From Pseudomonadota bacterium (GTDB lineage: Bacteria; Pseudomonadota; Alphaproteobacteria; SHVP01): a DNA stretch of 64,000 nt. The notes under the pieces were generated by a model. The model worked only from the letters and a program-made list of their open reading frames with translations, had not been told where the DNA came from and ran no database searches. The stretch spans positions 82,464 to 146,463 of the forward strand of contig JAQBYN010000002.1 in NCBI GenBank assembly GCA_027622715.1. Reading direction: 5' to 3'. A program made the position numbers and the translations under genes. Shown here in pieces: positions 39,931 through 49,974 of the stretch. Within the stretch, counting starts at the first letter, position 1. Every line of letters starts with the position of its first letter.

Positions 39931-42204
39931 TTAGTCGCCGAGACGCGGCACCCAGCCTTCGATGGACCGGTATTGTGGCGGCTGTGGCAGGGAATAGCCC
40001 ATCGCCGTCGCGGCATGCCGGGCGTAATACGGGTCAAACAAATGCGCGCGTGCGAGGACACAGATATCGGCGCGACCACCAGCCAAGATCGCGTTGATGT
40101 CGCCGTAAGACTGAATGTTGCCAACCGTCATGGTCGGCATATCGACGTCGAGCCGGATGCGATCGGCAAACGGCGTTTGGTACAACCGTCCGTATTCGGG
40201 TTGTTGGTCGGCGACGACTTGGCCGCTCGACACATCGACGATGTCGCAGCCCAAGCGTTTTAGGGCGGCAGCGAGTTGCACCGCGTCATCGGGCGTCGCG
40301 CCGCCCGGCGCCCAGTCGGTGCCCGATACGCGCACCGACATTGGCTTGGGCGCGGGCCATACCGCGCGGATCGCCGCAAACACCTCGAGCGGATAGCGCA
40401 TGCGGTTTTCCAGCGAGCCGCCATAGGCGTCGCGCCGTCCGTTGGCTAACGGCGTGAAGAAACTCGACAACAAATAGCCGTGCGCCATGTGTAGCTCGAT
40501 CATGTCAAAGCCCGCCGCGTCGGCCATCTCGGTGGCGCGAACGAAGTCGTCTTTCACACTAGCCATGTCGTCAACCGACATCTCATGGGGCGTTTGATTA
40601 GCAGCCGTATAGGGAATGGCTGATGGGGACATCAGGCCCCAGTTTCCCAAATCCAATGGCTCGGTGTCGCCGTCCCAGATCAGTTTGGTAGAGCCCTTGC
40701 GGCCCGCGTGGCCGAGTTGTAGTGCGATGGCGGCGGTACTATGGGCATGGACAAAGTCGGTGACCTTGCGCCAGGCACCGACGTGTTCCTCTTTGTACAT
40801 CCCCGCACAGCCCGGCGAGATTCGGCCCTGCGGGCTCACGTCCGTCATTTCGGCGATGACCAGACCTGCGCCACCGACGGCCCGGCTCCCCAGGTGGACG
40901 AGGTGCCAGTCGTTCACCGTACCGTCCTCGGCCGAATACATGCACATCGGCGATACCGCGATGCGGTTGGAGATCACTAGGTCGCGCAATTTGAAGGGCG
41001 TGAAGGCGGGCGGAATGTGTTTGGTCGTATCGAGATTGACGCCGCTTTGCTGCGCCGCGCGGTCGGCGAACCAATCGTCAATGCCGCGCACGAAGTTAGG
41101 GTCACGTTTTCGCAAATTCTCATGGTTGATCCGCAACGACCGCGTCAACAGACTGAACGCGAATTGCGGCGGGTCGAGCTGGTCGTAATAGCGTTCCGTT
41201 TCCTCGAACCACTTCATGCTGACGCGGGCGGCACGCTGCAGGCTGATCACGTCAGGACGGCGTTCTTTTTCGAACAGCGCCAAGCCTTCTGGAATTGATC
41301 CCGCCCGTGTCAACGCCTGCGATAGAGAAATCGCGTCCTCCATTGCAAGCTTGGTGCCTGAGCCAATCGAAAAATGCGCGGTGTGCAATGCGTCGCCCAG
41401 CAAAACAATATTGCCGCGCGACCAATGCTTGTTGCTGAGTTCGGGAAAGGTGCGCCATTCCGACCGGTTGCTGATGAGCAGGGCACCGTCGAGTTCGCGC
41501 TCGAATAGCTGCTCGCAAAAGGCGACGCTTTCCTCTTCCGTATGGTTTTCAAGCCCAGCGCGCCGCCACGTCTCCTCGGTGGTCTCAACGATGATCGTTG
41601 CGTTGCCGTTGGCGTATGTGCCCTGATCGTACTGGTAGCAATGCGCCCGCCACAGACCATGATCGTTGCGCTTGAAATAGAAATTGAACGCATCAAACCG
41701 TTTGTTGGCGCCGAGCCAAATGAACTTGTTGGGCCGCATCGCGATCTCGGGCTCGAAATCGGCCGCGTATTTTGTGCGAATGGCGCTATTGACCCCGTCG
41801 CCGGCGACGATCAGGTCGCACGGGCCGAGGTCGCCAAGATCGTCAACGCGCGTATCGAAATGCATGGTGACGCCAAGGCGCCGTGCTCGTTGAGCGAGAA
41901 TCTGCAACAGCTTGAGGCGCGCCAGGCCGGCGAAGCCATGACCGGTGGAACGCAAGACCTCACCCTTAAAGTGGATGTCGATATCGTCCCAGTGCGTGAA
42001 CTGCTGGGTGATCTCATGCAGTGTTTCGTCGTCGGCATCGCCAAATCCGGCCATGGTGGAATCCGAAAAGACGACACCGAATCCCCACGTGACGTCCGCT
42101 GGATTCTGTTCGTACAGATCGATCTTGGCGTCGGGCCACGCCTTCTTCATCAGAATGGCGAAATAGAGTGACGCCGGTCCACCCCCGACGCAGGCGATCT
42201 TCAT
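39931..42204 (-). CDS. bifunctional FAD monooxygenase / Old-Yellow-Enzyme reductase (salicylyl-CoA 5-hydroxylase / 2-aminobenzoyl-CoA monooxygenase-reductase family)
   Basis: [24 protein letters not shown] fold, [22 protein letters not shown], then the OYE half ([37 protein letters not shown]). 757 aa. Confidence 0.8.
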   Translation of the reverse strand: MKIACVGGGPASLYFAILMKKAWPDAKIDLYEQNPADVTWGFGVVFSDSTMAGFGDADDETLHEITQQFTHWDDIDIHFKGEVLRSTGHGFAGLARLKLLQILAQRARRLGVTMHFDTRVDDLGDLGPCDLIVAGDGVNSAIRTKYAADFEPEIAMRPNKFIWLGANKRFDAFNFYFKRNDHGLWRAHCYQYDQGTYANGNATIIVETTEETWRRAGLENHTEEESVAFCEQLFERELDGALLISNRSEWRTFPELSNKHWSRGNIVLLGDALHTAHFSIGSGTKLAMEDAISLSQALTRAGSIPEGLALFEKERRPDVISLQRAARVSMKWFEETERYYDQLDPPQFAFSLLTRSLRINHENLRKRDPNFVRGIDDWFADRAAQQSGVNLDTTKHIPPAFTPFKLRDLVISNRIAVSPMCMYSAEDGTVNDWHLVHLGSRAVGGAGLVIAEMTDVSPQGRISPGCAGMYKEEHVGAWRKVTDFVHAHSTAAIALQLGHAGRKGSTKLIWDGDTEPLDLGNWGLMSPSAIPYTAANQTPHEMSVDDMASVKDDFVRATEMADAAGFDMIELHMAHGYLLSSFFTPLANGRRDAYGGSLENRMRYPLEVFAAIRAVWPAPKPMSVRVSGTDWAPGGATPDDAVQLAAALKRLGCDIVDVSSGQVVADQQPEYGRLYQTPFADRIRLDVDMPTMTVGNIQSYGDINAILAGGRADICVLARAHLFDPYYARHAATAMGYSLPQPPQYRSIEGWVPRLGD

Positions 42205-43385
42205 GCCGTCGACCCGGCGTGATTGCGCAACGTCTGCTGGGCGATGATTAGTTTTTGGATCTCGCTGGTGCCCTCATAGATCCGCAGCGACCGGATTTCG
42301 CGGTACAGGACCTCCACCGGCGATCCGCTCACCACGCCAAGCCCGCCATGCAATTGCACCGCGCTATCGATGACCTGTTGCGCCATTTCTGTCGCATGAA
42401 GCTTGGCCATTGCGGCCTCGCGTGAAATCCGCGCGCCGCTCGAATCCTTGGTCCAGGCCGCGCGGTAAATCAACAGTGCGGCCGCGTCGATGCTCAGCGC
42501 CATGTCGGCGATACGGCTTTGCGTCATTTGGTGGTCGGCAAGTGGCGTGCCGCCGATGTGTCGTTCGTTCACCCGGTTCAGCGTTTCATCGAGCGCGCGG
42601 CGCGCAAAACCAAGCGCTGCCGCGCCAACACTCGAGCGGAACGTATCCAACGTCGCCATCGCGATTTTGAATCCGTCGCCCTCAGCGCCAACCAGACTGT
42701 CCGCCGGTACCCGGCAGTCCTTGAATACCAGCCGCCCCAACGGGTGCGGCGCGATGACGGCAATCTTCTGGGCCACGGTAAGACCCGGCGCGTCGGCCGG
42801 TACCACCAACACCGATAACCCTTTGGCGCCGTCCTCACCGGTGCGCGCAAACACCGTGTAGTGCGTGGCAATCCCGGCATTGGAGATCCAAGTCTTTTCG
42901 CCGTTCAGGATGTATTGATCGCCGTCCCGCTGTGCCCACGTGATCATGTCGGCGGGGTTGGAGCCGGCACCCGGTTCAGACAATGCGAAGGCCCCGATCT
43001 TGGTCCCGTCTGCAATGCCGGGCAGCAAAGCATCCCGCTGGGCAGGGCTGCCAAACATCGACACCGGCGCGCTACCCAGGCCCTGCATGGCAAAGGCAAA
43101 ATCGGCAAGACCGAGGTGGCGTGCCAACGTCTCGCGGATCAGGCACAGGCTGCGAACATCGAGAGATTGTGAGAGGCCGTAGGGCGTCGGCACCGCGTGG
43201 CGCAGCCAGCCGCCTTTCGCCAAGTGAGCGACGAGATCGCGGGTCGCGTCGGCCACCGTGTTTTCGGCATGCGCTCGCGCGGCAAACGCGGGCAACGTGT
43301 CCGCGGCCCAAATTTCAAGCGCATCCGCCAAATCGCGATGCCGGTCCGAAAAAAACGGCCAGTCGAGAAACGAGCGATCGGCCAT
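42201..43385 (-). CDS. acyl-CoA dehydrogenase
   Basis: ACAD fold ([35 protein letters not shown]). Start ATG 43385 (MADRSFLDW) shares one nt with the upstream stop. Confidence 0.88.
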   Translation of the reverse strand: MADRSFLDWPFFSDRHRDLADALEIWAADTLPAFAARAHAENTVADATRDLVAHLAKGGWLRHAVPTPYGLSQSLDVRSLCLIRETLARHLGLADFAFAMQGLGSAPVSMFGSPAQRDALLPGIADGTKIGAFALSEPGAGSNPADMITWAQRDGDQYILNGEKTWISNAGIATHYTVFARTGEDGAKGLSVLVVPADAPGLTVAQKIAVIAPHPLGRLVFKDCRVPADSLVGAEGDGFKIAMATLDTFRSSVGAAALGFARRALDETLNRVNERHIGGTPLADHQMTQSRIADMALSIDAAALLIYRAAWTKDSSGARISREAAMAKLHATEMAQQVIDSAVQLHGGLGVVSGSPVEVLYREIRSLRIYEGTSEIQKLIIAQQTLRNHAGSTA

Positions 43386-44203
43386 CAATTGCCCTCGAAC
43401 ACCGGTGATTGTTTGGCAGCAAAGGCCTCGAAGGCGCGGGTGAAGTCTTTGGTTTGCATACAGATTGCCTGGGCTTGGGCCTCGTGCTCGATCGCTTCGC
43501 CGAGCGGCATCGACCATTCCTGATCCATCATCCGCTTGGTCATCGAGTGCGCGAAGAATGGACCGTTCGCGATTTCCCGCGCCTTGTCCTGGGCGTAGCT
43601 CAACAGTGCGTCGTGTGCGACGAGGTCGTTGAAAAATCCCCAGTCATGCGCTTGGGTGCCGGGCATCATGCGGCCCGAGTAAAACAATTCGGCGGCCCGC
43701 CCGTGGCCGATCAAACGCGGCAGAATGGCGCAGGCCCCCATGTCGCACCCGGCCAGCCCAACGCGCGCAAACAGAAAGCCCACCTTGCTGCGCTCTGTGC
43801 CGTAACGCAAATCGGCGGCCATGGTGATGCACGCACCGGCGCCCGCGCAAATCCCATCCACGGCGGCAACAATGACTTGCGGGCAATCGCGCATCGCCTT
43901 GACCAAATCGCCGGTCATCCGCGTGAACCGCATCAGGGCCGGCATGTCCATCTTGGTCAATGGGCCGATGATTTCATGGACATCGCCGCCCGACGAAAAA
44001 TTGCCACCGGCGCCGGTAATGACAACGGTGCGCACGTCGTCAGTCGTCGCCAAATCGCGGAACGTATCGCGTAATTCGGCGTAACTTTCAAACGTCAGCG
44101 GATTCTTTTTCTCGGGCCGATTCAGGGTGATCGTGGCGACGGTGCCGTCGACCTGCCAGTCGAAATGGGTGGGGCGCAACGCGGCGGCTTGAACGGTTTT
44201 CAT
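43385..44203 (-). CDS. enoyl-CoA hydratase/isomerase family protein
   Basis: [37 protein letters not shown]. Confidence 0.88.
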   Translation of the reverse strand: MKTVQAAALRPTHFDWQVDGTVATITLNRPEKKNPLTFESYAELRDTFRDLATTDDVRTVVITGAGGNFSSGGDVHEIIGPLTKMDMPALMRFTRMTGDLVKAMRDCPQVIVAAVDGICAGAGACITMAADLRYGTERSKVGFLFARVGLAGCDMGACAILPRLIGHGRAAELFYSGRMMPGTQAHDWGFFNDLVAHDALLSYAQDKAREIANGPFFAHSMTKRMMDQEWSMPLGEAIEHEAQAQAICMQTKDFTRAFEAFAAKQSPVFEGN

Positions 44204-44724
44204 GTCGGGCGACCTTCGGCTTTGGTGGACGGGGCGTCGAGTTCGAGAGCAATCGACCCCTTAAGGTTGGCGAGAAGACCGTATAGGCGGGCGAGATCGG
44301 TCTGTTTGGTGGTCCCCATAAGGTCACTGATCCATCGCCGGTGCGCCGGATGAATGCGCTCAAATGCGGTGCGCCCTTTGCGCGTCAGCCGCACCCGCAG
44401 CACGCGCTGGTCTAGCGGTTCGGCTTTGCGTGTTGCATGTCCCTCGGTGACGAGCCGGTCAACCAGGCTTGTCGCGTTGCCGTTGGTCACCATCAAACGC
44501 CGCGACAGGGCGGACATGGTCAGGCCGTCCGTCTCGCGGTAGAGCTGTGCCACGGCGTCGAACCAGGGCAGGGTGACCCCGAACTCGCGCCGCAAACGGC
44601 GGCGGATTTCCGCCTCGATCATATTGGCGCACGACAGCAGCCGCAGCCATACGCGCAAATCTACCGTGTCGTCCTGCGTGGCGGCAGCCTCGTAATCCTG
44701 CGGCGGCGGCGGGGCGATATTCAC
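44200..44724 (-). CDS. MarR family transcriptional regulator
   Basis: Winged helix [53 protein letters not shown] 44724 gives a GTGA overlap with the SDR stop. The ORF-track start at 44949 runs antisense-free but overlaps the SDR gene. Confidence 0.85.
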   Translation of the reverse strand: MNIAPPPPQDYEAAATQDDTVDLRVWLRLLSCANMIEAEIRRRLRREFGVTLPWFDAVAQLYRETDGLTMSALSRRLMVTNGNATSLVDRLVTEGHATRKAEPLDQRVLRVRLTRKGRTAFERIHPAHRRWISDLMGTTKQTDLARLYGLLANLKGSIALELDAPSTKAEGRPT

Positions 44725-45503
44725 ATCACCTCGCCACCGGCCACGGCGATGGACTGGCCGGTAATGGATGAAGAGGCGGGGAGGGCAAGCCATAGAACGG
44801 TGGCGGCGACTTCTGCCGCTTCGACAAGGCGGCGTTGCGGATTGTTGGCCGCAAAGGCGGCAATCGTTTCCTCGCGGGTGCGGCCCGATTCCGCGGTGTT
44901 TTTGTCGATCGCGGTCGCGACCATCGGCGTGTTGGTATAGCCCGGGCATACCGCGTTGACAGTGACGCCCTTACGCGCCGTGTCCATCGCGACCGCGCGG
45001 GTCAGACCGATCACGCCATGCTTGGCCGCGCTATAGGACGGGACATACGCATAGCCCTTAAGCCCGGCGGTCGATGCCATGTTGATAATTCGCCCATAGC
45101 CTGCGTCCAACATCGCCGGTAACACCGCTTGCATCGCGATGAACGTGCTCGTCAGGTTGAGCAGAATGGTGTGATCCCACCGCGCGCGGGTTTCTTCCAG
45201 GAAGCGGGCGGTCTCGGCGCCGCCGGCGTTATTGACCAGAATGGTCGGCGCGCCGAGTGCCTTCGTCGCTGCCGCAACGGTCTCGCCGACCTGGTTTTCG
45301 TCGGTTGCATCGGCGCCGTAGCCATGCGCGGTCACGCCGTATTTCTGCGCAAGGTCCGCCGCGACCGCACGCATTGCCTCGCCGTCGCGCGCGGTCAGGG
45401 AGAGCGCCGCGCCGGCTTCGGCCAAGGTCGCTGCAACCGCCGCGCCGATACCGCGGCTGGCGCCGGTAACCAGCGCGTGTTGCCCCATCAATGGTTTGGT
45501 CAC
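44721..45503 (-). CDS. short-chain dehydrogenase/reductase (SDR)
   Basis: ALVTGASRGIGAA, NNAG, YSAAKHG. The start is uncertain (GTG 45503, ATG 45488 or ATG 45563). 45563 would overlap the divergent RidA gene. Confidence 0.88.
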   Translation of the reverse strand: MTKPLMGQHALVTGASRGIGAAVAATLAEAGAALSLTARDGEAMRAVAADLAQKYGVTAHGYGADATDENQVGETVAAATKALGAPTILVNNAGGAETARFLEETRARWDHTILLNLTSTFIAMQAVLPAMLDAGYGRIINMASTAGLKGYAYVPSYSAAKHGVIGLTRAVAMDTARKGVTVNAVCPGYTNTPMVATAIDKNTAESGRTREETIAAFAANNPQRRLVEAAEVAATVLWLALPASSSITGQSIAVAGGEVM

Positions 45504-45547
45504 CCGGTCTACCCTTTCCCCGGTTAATGTTTTAAGCCTAAAATAGT

Positions 45548-45967
45548 TTGTCGAGACTGGCAATCGAGAGCGCCATGGAAATTGTACAACCCGACGGATG
45601 GGCCCGGCCGCAGGGCTATAGCAACGGTATCGCTGCCGAGGGACGGTTCCTGTTCGTTGCCGGCCAAATCGGCTGGGATGAGCAGCGGAACCTCGTCGGG
45701 CCAGATTTTATTGACCAGCTGCGCCAAGCACTGATCAACATTCGCGCTGTCCTTGAGGCCGCGGCTGTCGGTCCCGAGGGGTTGGTGCGCCTCACGTGGT
45801 ACGTCACCGACATCGCCGACTACCGCGCCCGCGTCGCCGAGGTCGGTACGGTCTACCGCGACGTGTTGGGGAAAGTCTTCCCCGCCATGGCGGTTGTCGC
45901 GGTGAGCGAACTTGTCGAACCCGGCGCCAAGGTAGAAATCGAAGCGACGGCCGTATTGCCGCGCTAG
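45548..45967 (+). CDS. RidA/YjgF/TdcF family protein
   Basis: PQGYSNGIAAEGRFLFVAGQIG ... LVRLTWYVTD ... KVEIEATAVL. 139 aa. Confidence 0.8.
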   Translation: MSRLAIESAMEIVQPDGWARPQGYSNGIAAEGRFLFVAGQIGWDEQRNLVGPDFIDQLRQALINIRAVLEAAAVGPEGLVRLTWYVTDIADYRARVAEVGTVYRDVLGKVFPAMAVVAVSELVEPGAKVEIEATAVLPR

Positions 45968-45969
45968 CG

Positions 45970-47214
45970 TCAGGTTACCGCCGCGCGTGCTTTGAACTGC
46001 GGCGTATCCCAGGCGCGCGTTTCCATAATGTCGAACAGAACTTCCGCCGCTTGCCAGACATCGACATAGCGCGTGTAGAGCGGTGCAAAGCCGAAACGCA
46101 CAATGTCGGGTGCGCGAAAATCGCCGATCACGCCGCGCGCGATTAACGCCTGCATGATCGCGTACCCTTGCGCATGCTGGAATGAAACCTGAGAGCCACG
46201 CCGTGTTCCGTCGCGCGGACTGGCCAGCGCGAACCCATGTCCGGCGCACCGCGCCTCAACCAGGGCGATAAACAGGTCACCCAGCGCGACGCTTTTGTTG
46301 CGCAGTACGCCCAAATCGACATCCGCCCAGACGTCCAGCGCGGCGTCGAGCGCCACCATTGAAAGAACCCCGGGCGTGCCCGACAACGCCCGCTTGATCC
46401 CCGCCGCCGGCGCGTAGTCGTCGACAAACGAAAACGGATCGGCGTGCCCCATCCAGCCCGTCAGTGGTTGGTGAAACGTCGCCTGCATGTGTTTAGGGAC
46501 ATAAACGAATGCCGGCGCGCCGGGCCCGCCGTTGAGATACTTGTACGTGCAGCCCAGCGCGAAATCCGCACGCGCACCCGTCAAGTCGACCGGCATCGCA
46601 CCGACGGTGTGACACAGATCCCAAATCGTCAGCGCCCCGACCTCGTGCGCGTGCTGGGTCAGGCGCGCCATGTCGTGCACGGCGCCGGTCTTAAAATTGA
46701 CGTGGGTGAGGGCCAGCACGGCCACCGATTTATCGAGCGCCGCGTCGATCTCTTCGCCGGGCACGATGCGGCAGGTGTAGCCATCACCCATCAGCGCCGC
46801 CACGCCCTGCCCGATATAGAGGTTGGTCGGAAAGTCGCGCGCCTCCATCAAGATCACGCGGCGTTCGGGGCGCAGTCGCAACGCTGCAACCAACAACTTG
46901 AACAAATTAACCGACGTGCTGTCGGCAACGATCACTTCGTCGGGCGCTGCGCCGATCAACGGCGCGATCTTGGCACCGAGCTTGGCCGGCAAGTCGATCC
47001 AGCCGGCCGCGTTCCAACTGCGAATTAAGCCCTGCCCCCAATCTCGGGTGACTGCCTCGTGAATTCGGGCAGCCGCTGATGCGGGCAAAGCCCCGAGGGA
47101 GTTGCCGTCGAGATAGATCACGCCGTCGGGCAAGACGAAGGCGTCGCGAAACCGCGCCAAAGGGTCGCGCCGGTCGCGGGCGGCGCAGTCTTCGCGGGAC
47201 GGTGTCGCGGTCAT
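45970..47214 (-). CDS. kynU: kynureninase
   Basis: VIYLDGNSLGALP, DFPTNLY, LCHTVGAMPVDL, CTYKYLNGGPGAPA (PLP Lys region). ATGA overlap with the kynA stop. Confidence 0.9.
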   Translation of the reverse strand: MTATPSREDCAARDRRDPLARFRDAFVLPDGVIYLDGNSLGALPASAAARIHEAVTRDWGQGLIRSWNAAGWIDLPAKLGAKIAPLIGAAPDEVIVADSTSVNLFKLLVAALRLRPERRVILMEARDFPTNLYIGQGVAALMGDGYTCRIVPGEEIDAALDKSVAVLALTHVNFKTGAVHDMARLTQHAHEVGALTIWDLCHTVGAMPVDLTGARADFALGCTYKYLNGGPGAPAFVYVPKHMQATFHQPLTGWMGHADPFSFVDDYAPAAGIKRALSGTPGVLSMVALDAALDVWADVDLGVLRNKSVALGDLFIALVEARCAGHGFALASPRDGTRRGSQVSFQHAQGYAIMQALIARGVIGDFRAPDIVRFGFAPLYTRYVDVWQAAEVLFDIMETRAWDTPQFKARAAVT

Positions 47215-48062
47215 AGGTCGGTCCGGGCGTCCCACAGTTCCGGAAAAAAGCGAATGTCCAATGCGCGGTTGAGATACCCCACGCCGGACGTGCCGCCGGT
47301 GCCGCGCTTATGGCCGATGATCCGCTCGACGGTGGTGCGGTGCCGAAACCGCCAGGTCTGAAAGGAATCCTCCAGGTCGATCAGTTCTTCTGCCCACTCA
47401 TAGAGGTCCCAGTATTTTTCGGCATTGCGGTAAATCTCCACCCAGGCCGCCCGCACACTCTCGTTGGCGTCACGCGGCTCGCTCCAGTCGCGCGCCACCT
47501 CGCTTTGGTCGATGGCGAAACCCTTGCGCGAGAGAAGGCGCAGCGTTTCGTCATAAATGCTCGGGGCCTCTAATGCCGCTTCAAGCGGGTCGTGCCATTC
47601 AGGCCGATTCTTGTGCGGTGCCAGGAACTTGCGATCCTTGTTGCCCAACAAAAATTCAAGCGTGCGGTATTGAAAGGACTGAAAACCCGACGCCGCCCCC
47701 AGTGTGTCGCGGAATGTCAAATAGTCGGTCGGCGTCATGGTCGCCAGAATGCTCCACGATTGCGTCAGCTGTTCTTGGATCTGACTAACCCGCGCGGTCA
47801 TCTTGAACGCGGGCCGCAGTTCGTCGTTCTGAATGAGCGCCACAGCCGCCGTCAGCTCGTGGATCATCAACTTCATCCACAACTCGCTGCACTGGTGCAT
47901 GATGATAAACAGCATCTCGTCATGCGCTGGCGAACGCAGTTGTTGCGCGGACAACAGGTCCGACAGACCGAGGTAGTCGCCATAGACCATGCCCTTGGAG
48001 AAATCCGTGTGGAACTGCTCCTCGGCTAGGCGATCGCGGGTCAGGTCTTTGTTCTGGGCCAT
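47211..48062 (-). CDS. kynA: tryptophan 2,3-dioxygenase
   Basis: MVYGDYLGLSDLLSAQ, HDEMLFIIMHQCSELWMKLMIHEL, SGFQSFQYRTLEFLLGNK, FQTWRFRHRTTVERIIGHKRGTGGTSG. Start ATG 48062 (MAQNKDL). The ORF-track N-terminal extension has no TDO similarity. Confidence 0.92.
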   Translation of the reverse strand: MAQNKDLTRDRLAEEQFHTDFSKGMVYGDYLGLSDLLSAQQLRSPAHDEMLFIIMHQCSELWMKLMIHELTAAVALIQNDELRPAFKMTARVSQIQEQLTQSWSILATMTPTDYLTFRDTLGAASGFQSFQYRTLEFLLGNKDRKFLAPHKNRPEWHDPLEAALEAPSIYDETLRLLSRKGFAIDQSEVARDWSEPRDANESVRAAWVEIYRNAEKYWDLYEWAEELIDLEDSFQTWRFRHRTTVERIIGHKRGTGGTSGVGYLNRALDIRFFPELWDARTDL

Positions 48063-48092
48063 AATAGTTATTGAGTTGTTGACGAACCGGCA

Positions 48093-49319
48093 GTGCCGCT
48101 GGACAAGGGTACCATGGGTCAGGGTACCAAGCTGCAACCGCCGGGTCACAATCATCCCGCGCGCAAGCCCATCGACGAAGCGACCGGCTTTGTCGTGCTG
48201 GACGACTTCGAGCGTTTTTCGCAGCGCGACGACGTGTTTTGCCGGTCGTCTTGGGACCCCGAGGTCGCCTCCGACAAGGTAGCGGCCTTCTACCGGGGCC
48301 ACGACATGCCCCACGCCAAGGCGCGCGGCGCCGATGGGTTCGGCCAGCGCGACTATGCGCTCCGCAATGCGTCGTGGCATCTCACCCACGCCTTGCGTGA
48401 TCCGGGCCAAATCGGTGACGGCCGCAGCGAAGGGTTTCTCAACTTGTTTTCATTGCACGGCGACGGGTGGCCGGAGTCGTTCCCCTACGCCTCGCCGCAC
48501 GAAGCGTCCCGCGACGTAAAGCGCGTCGCCAAGGTCTTCGGTGCCGATCTTGTCGGTGTTTGCGCCAATGACGAGCGCTGGGTTTATGCCGAACGGTTCG
48601 ACTCCACCACCAAAGACAGTGCGCCTAGCGAACTGCCGAACGACCTGCCGTGGGTCATCGTTATCGCGACGGCGATGGACCGCGATTTGATTCGCACCGT
48701 ACCCTCAGCCTTGTCCGGCGTGGCGACCGGCGCCGGCTACATGAACGATGCGTCCACCTTGGTCACTTTGGCGCAGTTCATCCGCAACCTCGGCTACCGC
48801 GCCTACGCCAGCATGAACGACACCGCGATGGCGATCCCGATGGCGGCGCAGGCCGGGTTGGGCGAAGTCGGCCGCCATAGCTTGCTAATCACCGAGGAAT
48901 TCGGCCCCCGCGTGCGCCTCGGCAAGATATTCACTGACATGCCTCTTATGGCCGACCTGCCAAAGAGTTTCGGGGTCCGCGCGTTTTGCGACATCTGCAA
49001 TGCTTGCGCCGCAGCCTGTCCGCCGAAAGCGATCCCTTGCGGCCCACCCAGCGCCGAGCGTCACAACCGCTCCAACCTCAAGGGCGTGGTGAAGTGGTCG
49101 ACCGACGCCGAAAAGTGTTTCGGCTTCTGGGCCGCGCAGAACAGCGATTGTTCGATTTGCGTGCGGGTGTGCCCCTACAACCGCGACTACACAAAGTGGT
49201 GGCATCGCGCCTGGCGCTCGCTGGCGGGAACCGGTCTACGCGGAATCGCCTTGCATCTCGACCGCTGGCTGGCGACCGGCCGCCGCCACCGTGCAAGTTG
49301 GTGGTGGGGGCGGGACTAA
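48093..49319 (+). CDS. reductive dehalogenase (RdhA) superfamily Fe-S protein, cytoplasmic type
   Basis: Two ferredoxin-type cluster motifs, CDICNACAAACP and CSICVRVCPYN. AGLGEVGRHSLLITEEFGPRVRLGKIFTDMPL and VAKVFGADLVGV resemble RdhA/QueG-family blocks. No twin-arginine signal. The start could be ATG 48114. Confidence 0.6.
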   Translation: MPLDKGTMGQGTKLQPPGHNHPARKPIDEATGFVVLDDFERFSQRDDVFCRSSWDPEVASDKVAAFYRGHDMPHAKARGADGFGQRDYALRNASWHLTHALRDPGQIGDGRSEGFLNLFSLHGDGWPESFPYASPHEASRDVKRVAKVFGADLVGVCANDERWVYAERFDSTTKDSAPSELPNDLPWVIVIATAMDRDLIRTVPSALSGVATGAGYMNDASTLVTLAQFIRNLGYRAYASMNDTAMAIPMAAQAGLGEVGRHSLLITEEFGPRVRLGKIFTDMPLMADLPKSFGVRAFCDICNACAAACPPKAIPCGPPSAERHNRSNLKGVVKWSTDAEKCFGFWAAQNSDCSICVRVCPYNRDYTKWWHRAWRSLAGTGLRGIALHLDRWLATGRRHRASWWWGRD

Positions 49320-49328
49320 GGCGATTGC

Positions 49329-49375
49329 TCATCCTGAGGAGGTCGCGTTCGCGCGGCCGTCCCGAAGGACGCTAC
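49329..49375. repeat. partial copy of the CATCCTGAG repeat (family A)
   Basis: TCATCCTGAG...CGTCCCGAAGGACGC in the 52-nt gap between convergent genes. Resembles the left halves of 55090-55220 and 55616-55789. Confidence 0.55.
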
Positions 49376-49974
49376 GCCTGCGAAACCAAGCCGAGGTCCG
49401 ACAACACGGCACGGGCTTCGCCCACTCCAACCGTGCGATACCCACGTATCCCCATTGCCCGGGCCGCCGCGACGTTCGATGCCGCATCATCGAGGAAAAC
49501 GATCTCGTCGGGACGCACGCCGAGATCCGCAATCACATACGCGAACGCCGCACGGTCGGGTTTAACGTGGCCGATCTCGTGGGACGAATAGGCATGCGCG
49601 AATAGGCCGCGAATACGCGTATGGTCCTTCGCCGTGTTCCAATGGATCACGTTGGAATTGCTAAAGCAGGCCGTGGTGGCCTGACTGCGCGCGTCTTCGA
49701 CAAGGGTCGCCGCACCGGGAGACAGACCCTGCGGCCAGGCGCTGAACGCCGCGATAAACCCCTCGACCGTTAGGTCGAGGTTGTAATCGGCGGTGACCGC
49801 CGCGGCGAAAACCTCCGGCGTGCATTGCCCGCGCTCGAACTGTTGCACCGCCGGCGAGGCAAGCCAGTGTTCCACGACCGCGTCGTGGTTGCTTTCGCCG
49901 AGCCACTCGGCGAGGACACGGTATCCGGCAACCTCGACCAGCACGTTCCCGAGATCGAACAGGACAACCGTCAC
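49372..49974 (-). CDS. HAD-superfamily hydrolase
   Basis: VVLFDLGNVLV (DxG/DxD-type motif I), FLDDAASNV. The GTG start shares one nt with the iorB stop. Confidence 0.8.
   Translation of the reverse strand: MTVVLFDLGNVLVEVAGYRVLAEWLGESNHDAVVEHWLASPAVQQFERGQCTPEVFAAAVTADYNLDLTVEGFIAAFSAWPQGLSPGAATLVEDARSQATTACFSNSNVIHWNTAKDHTRIRGLFAHAYSSHEIGHVKPDRAAFAYVIADLGVRPDEIVFLDDAASNVAAARAMGIRGYRTVGVGEARAVLSDLGLVSQA

Noticed and set aside
45529-45544. TTTTA-agcc-TAAAA inverted repeat in the SDR/RidA divergent region as the MarR operator
   Set aside because: The arms are only 5 nt in an AT-rich patch. It would lie inside the SDR ORF if the 45563 start were used. There is not enough evidence for a feature call.
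47211-48410. N-terminally extended ORF-track versions of several genes (kynA to 48410, leuC-like to 30033, iorA to 53960, hyuB to 57603, ACAD to 43517, MarR to 44949, DUF1194 to 22582, TPR from 12406, AKR from 61570, TauA-2 from 19330)
   Set aside because: The extensions have no family similarity, overlap neighbouring genes, and are Arg/Pro-rich. Internal starts give canonical N-termini and often 1- or 4-nt stop/start overlaps with the neighbouring gene.
48093-49319. Annotating the Fe-S protein as epoxyqueuosine reductase QueG, since queA and tgt are in the same window
   Set aside because: It lies 37 kb from queA/tgt in a catabolic context. I do not see the QueG-type N-terminal block, and its conserved blocks look closer to RdhA. 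This is not excluded. It needs HMM scoring.
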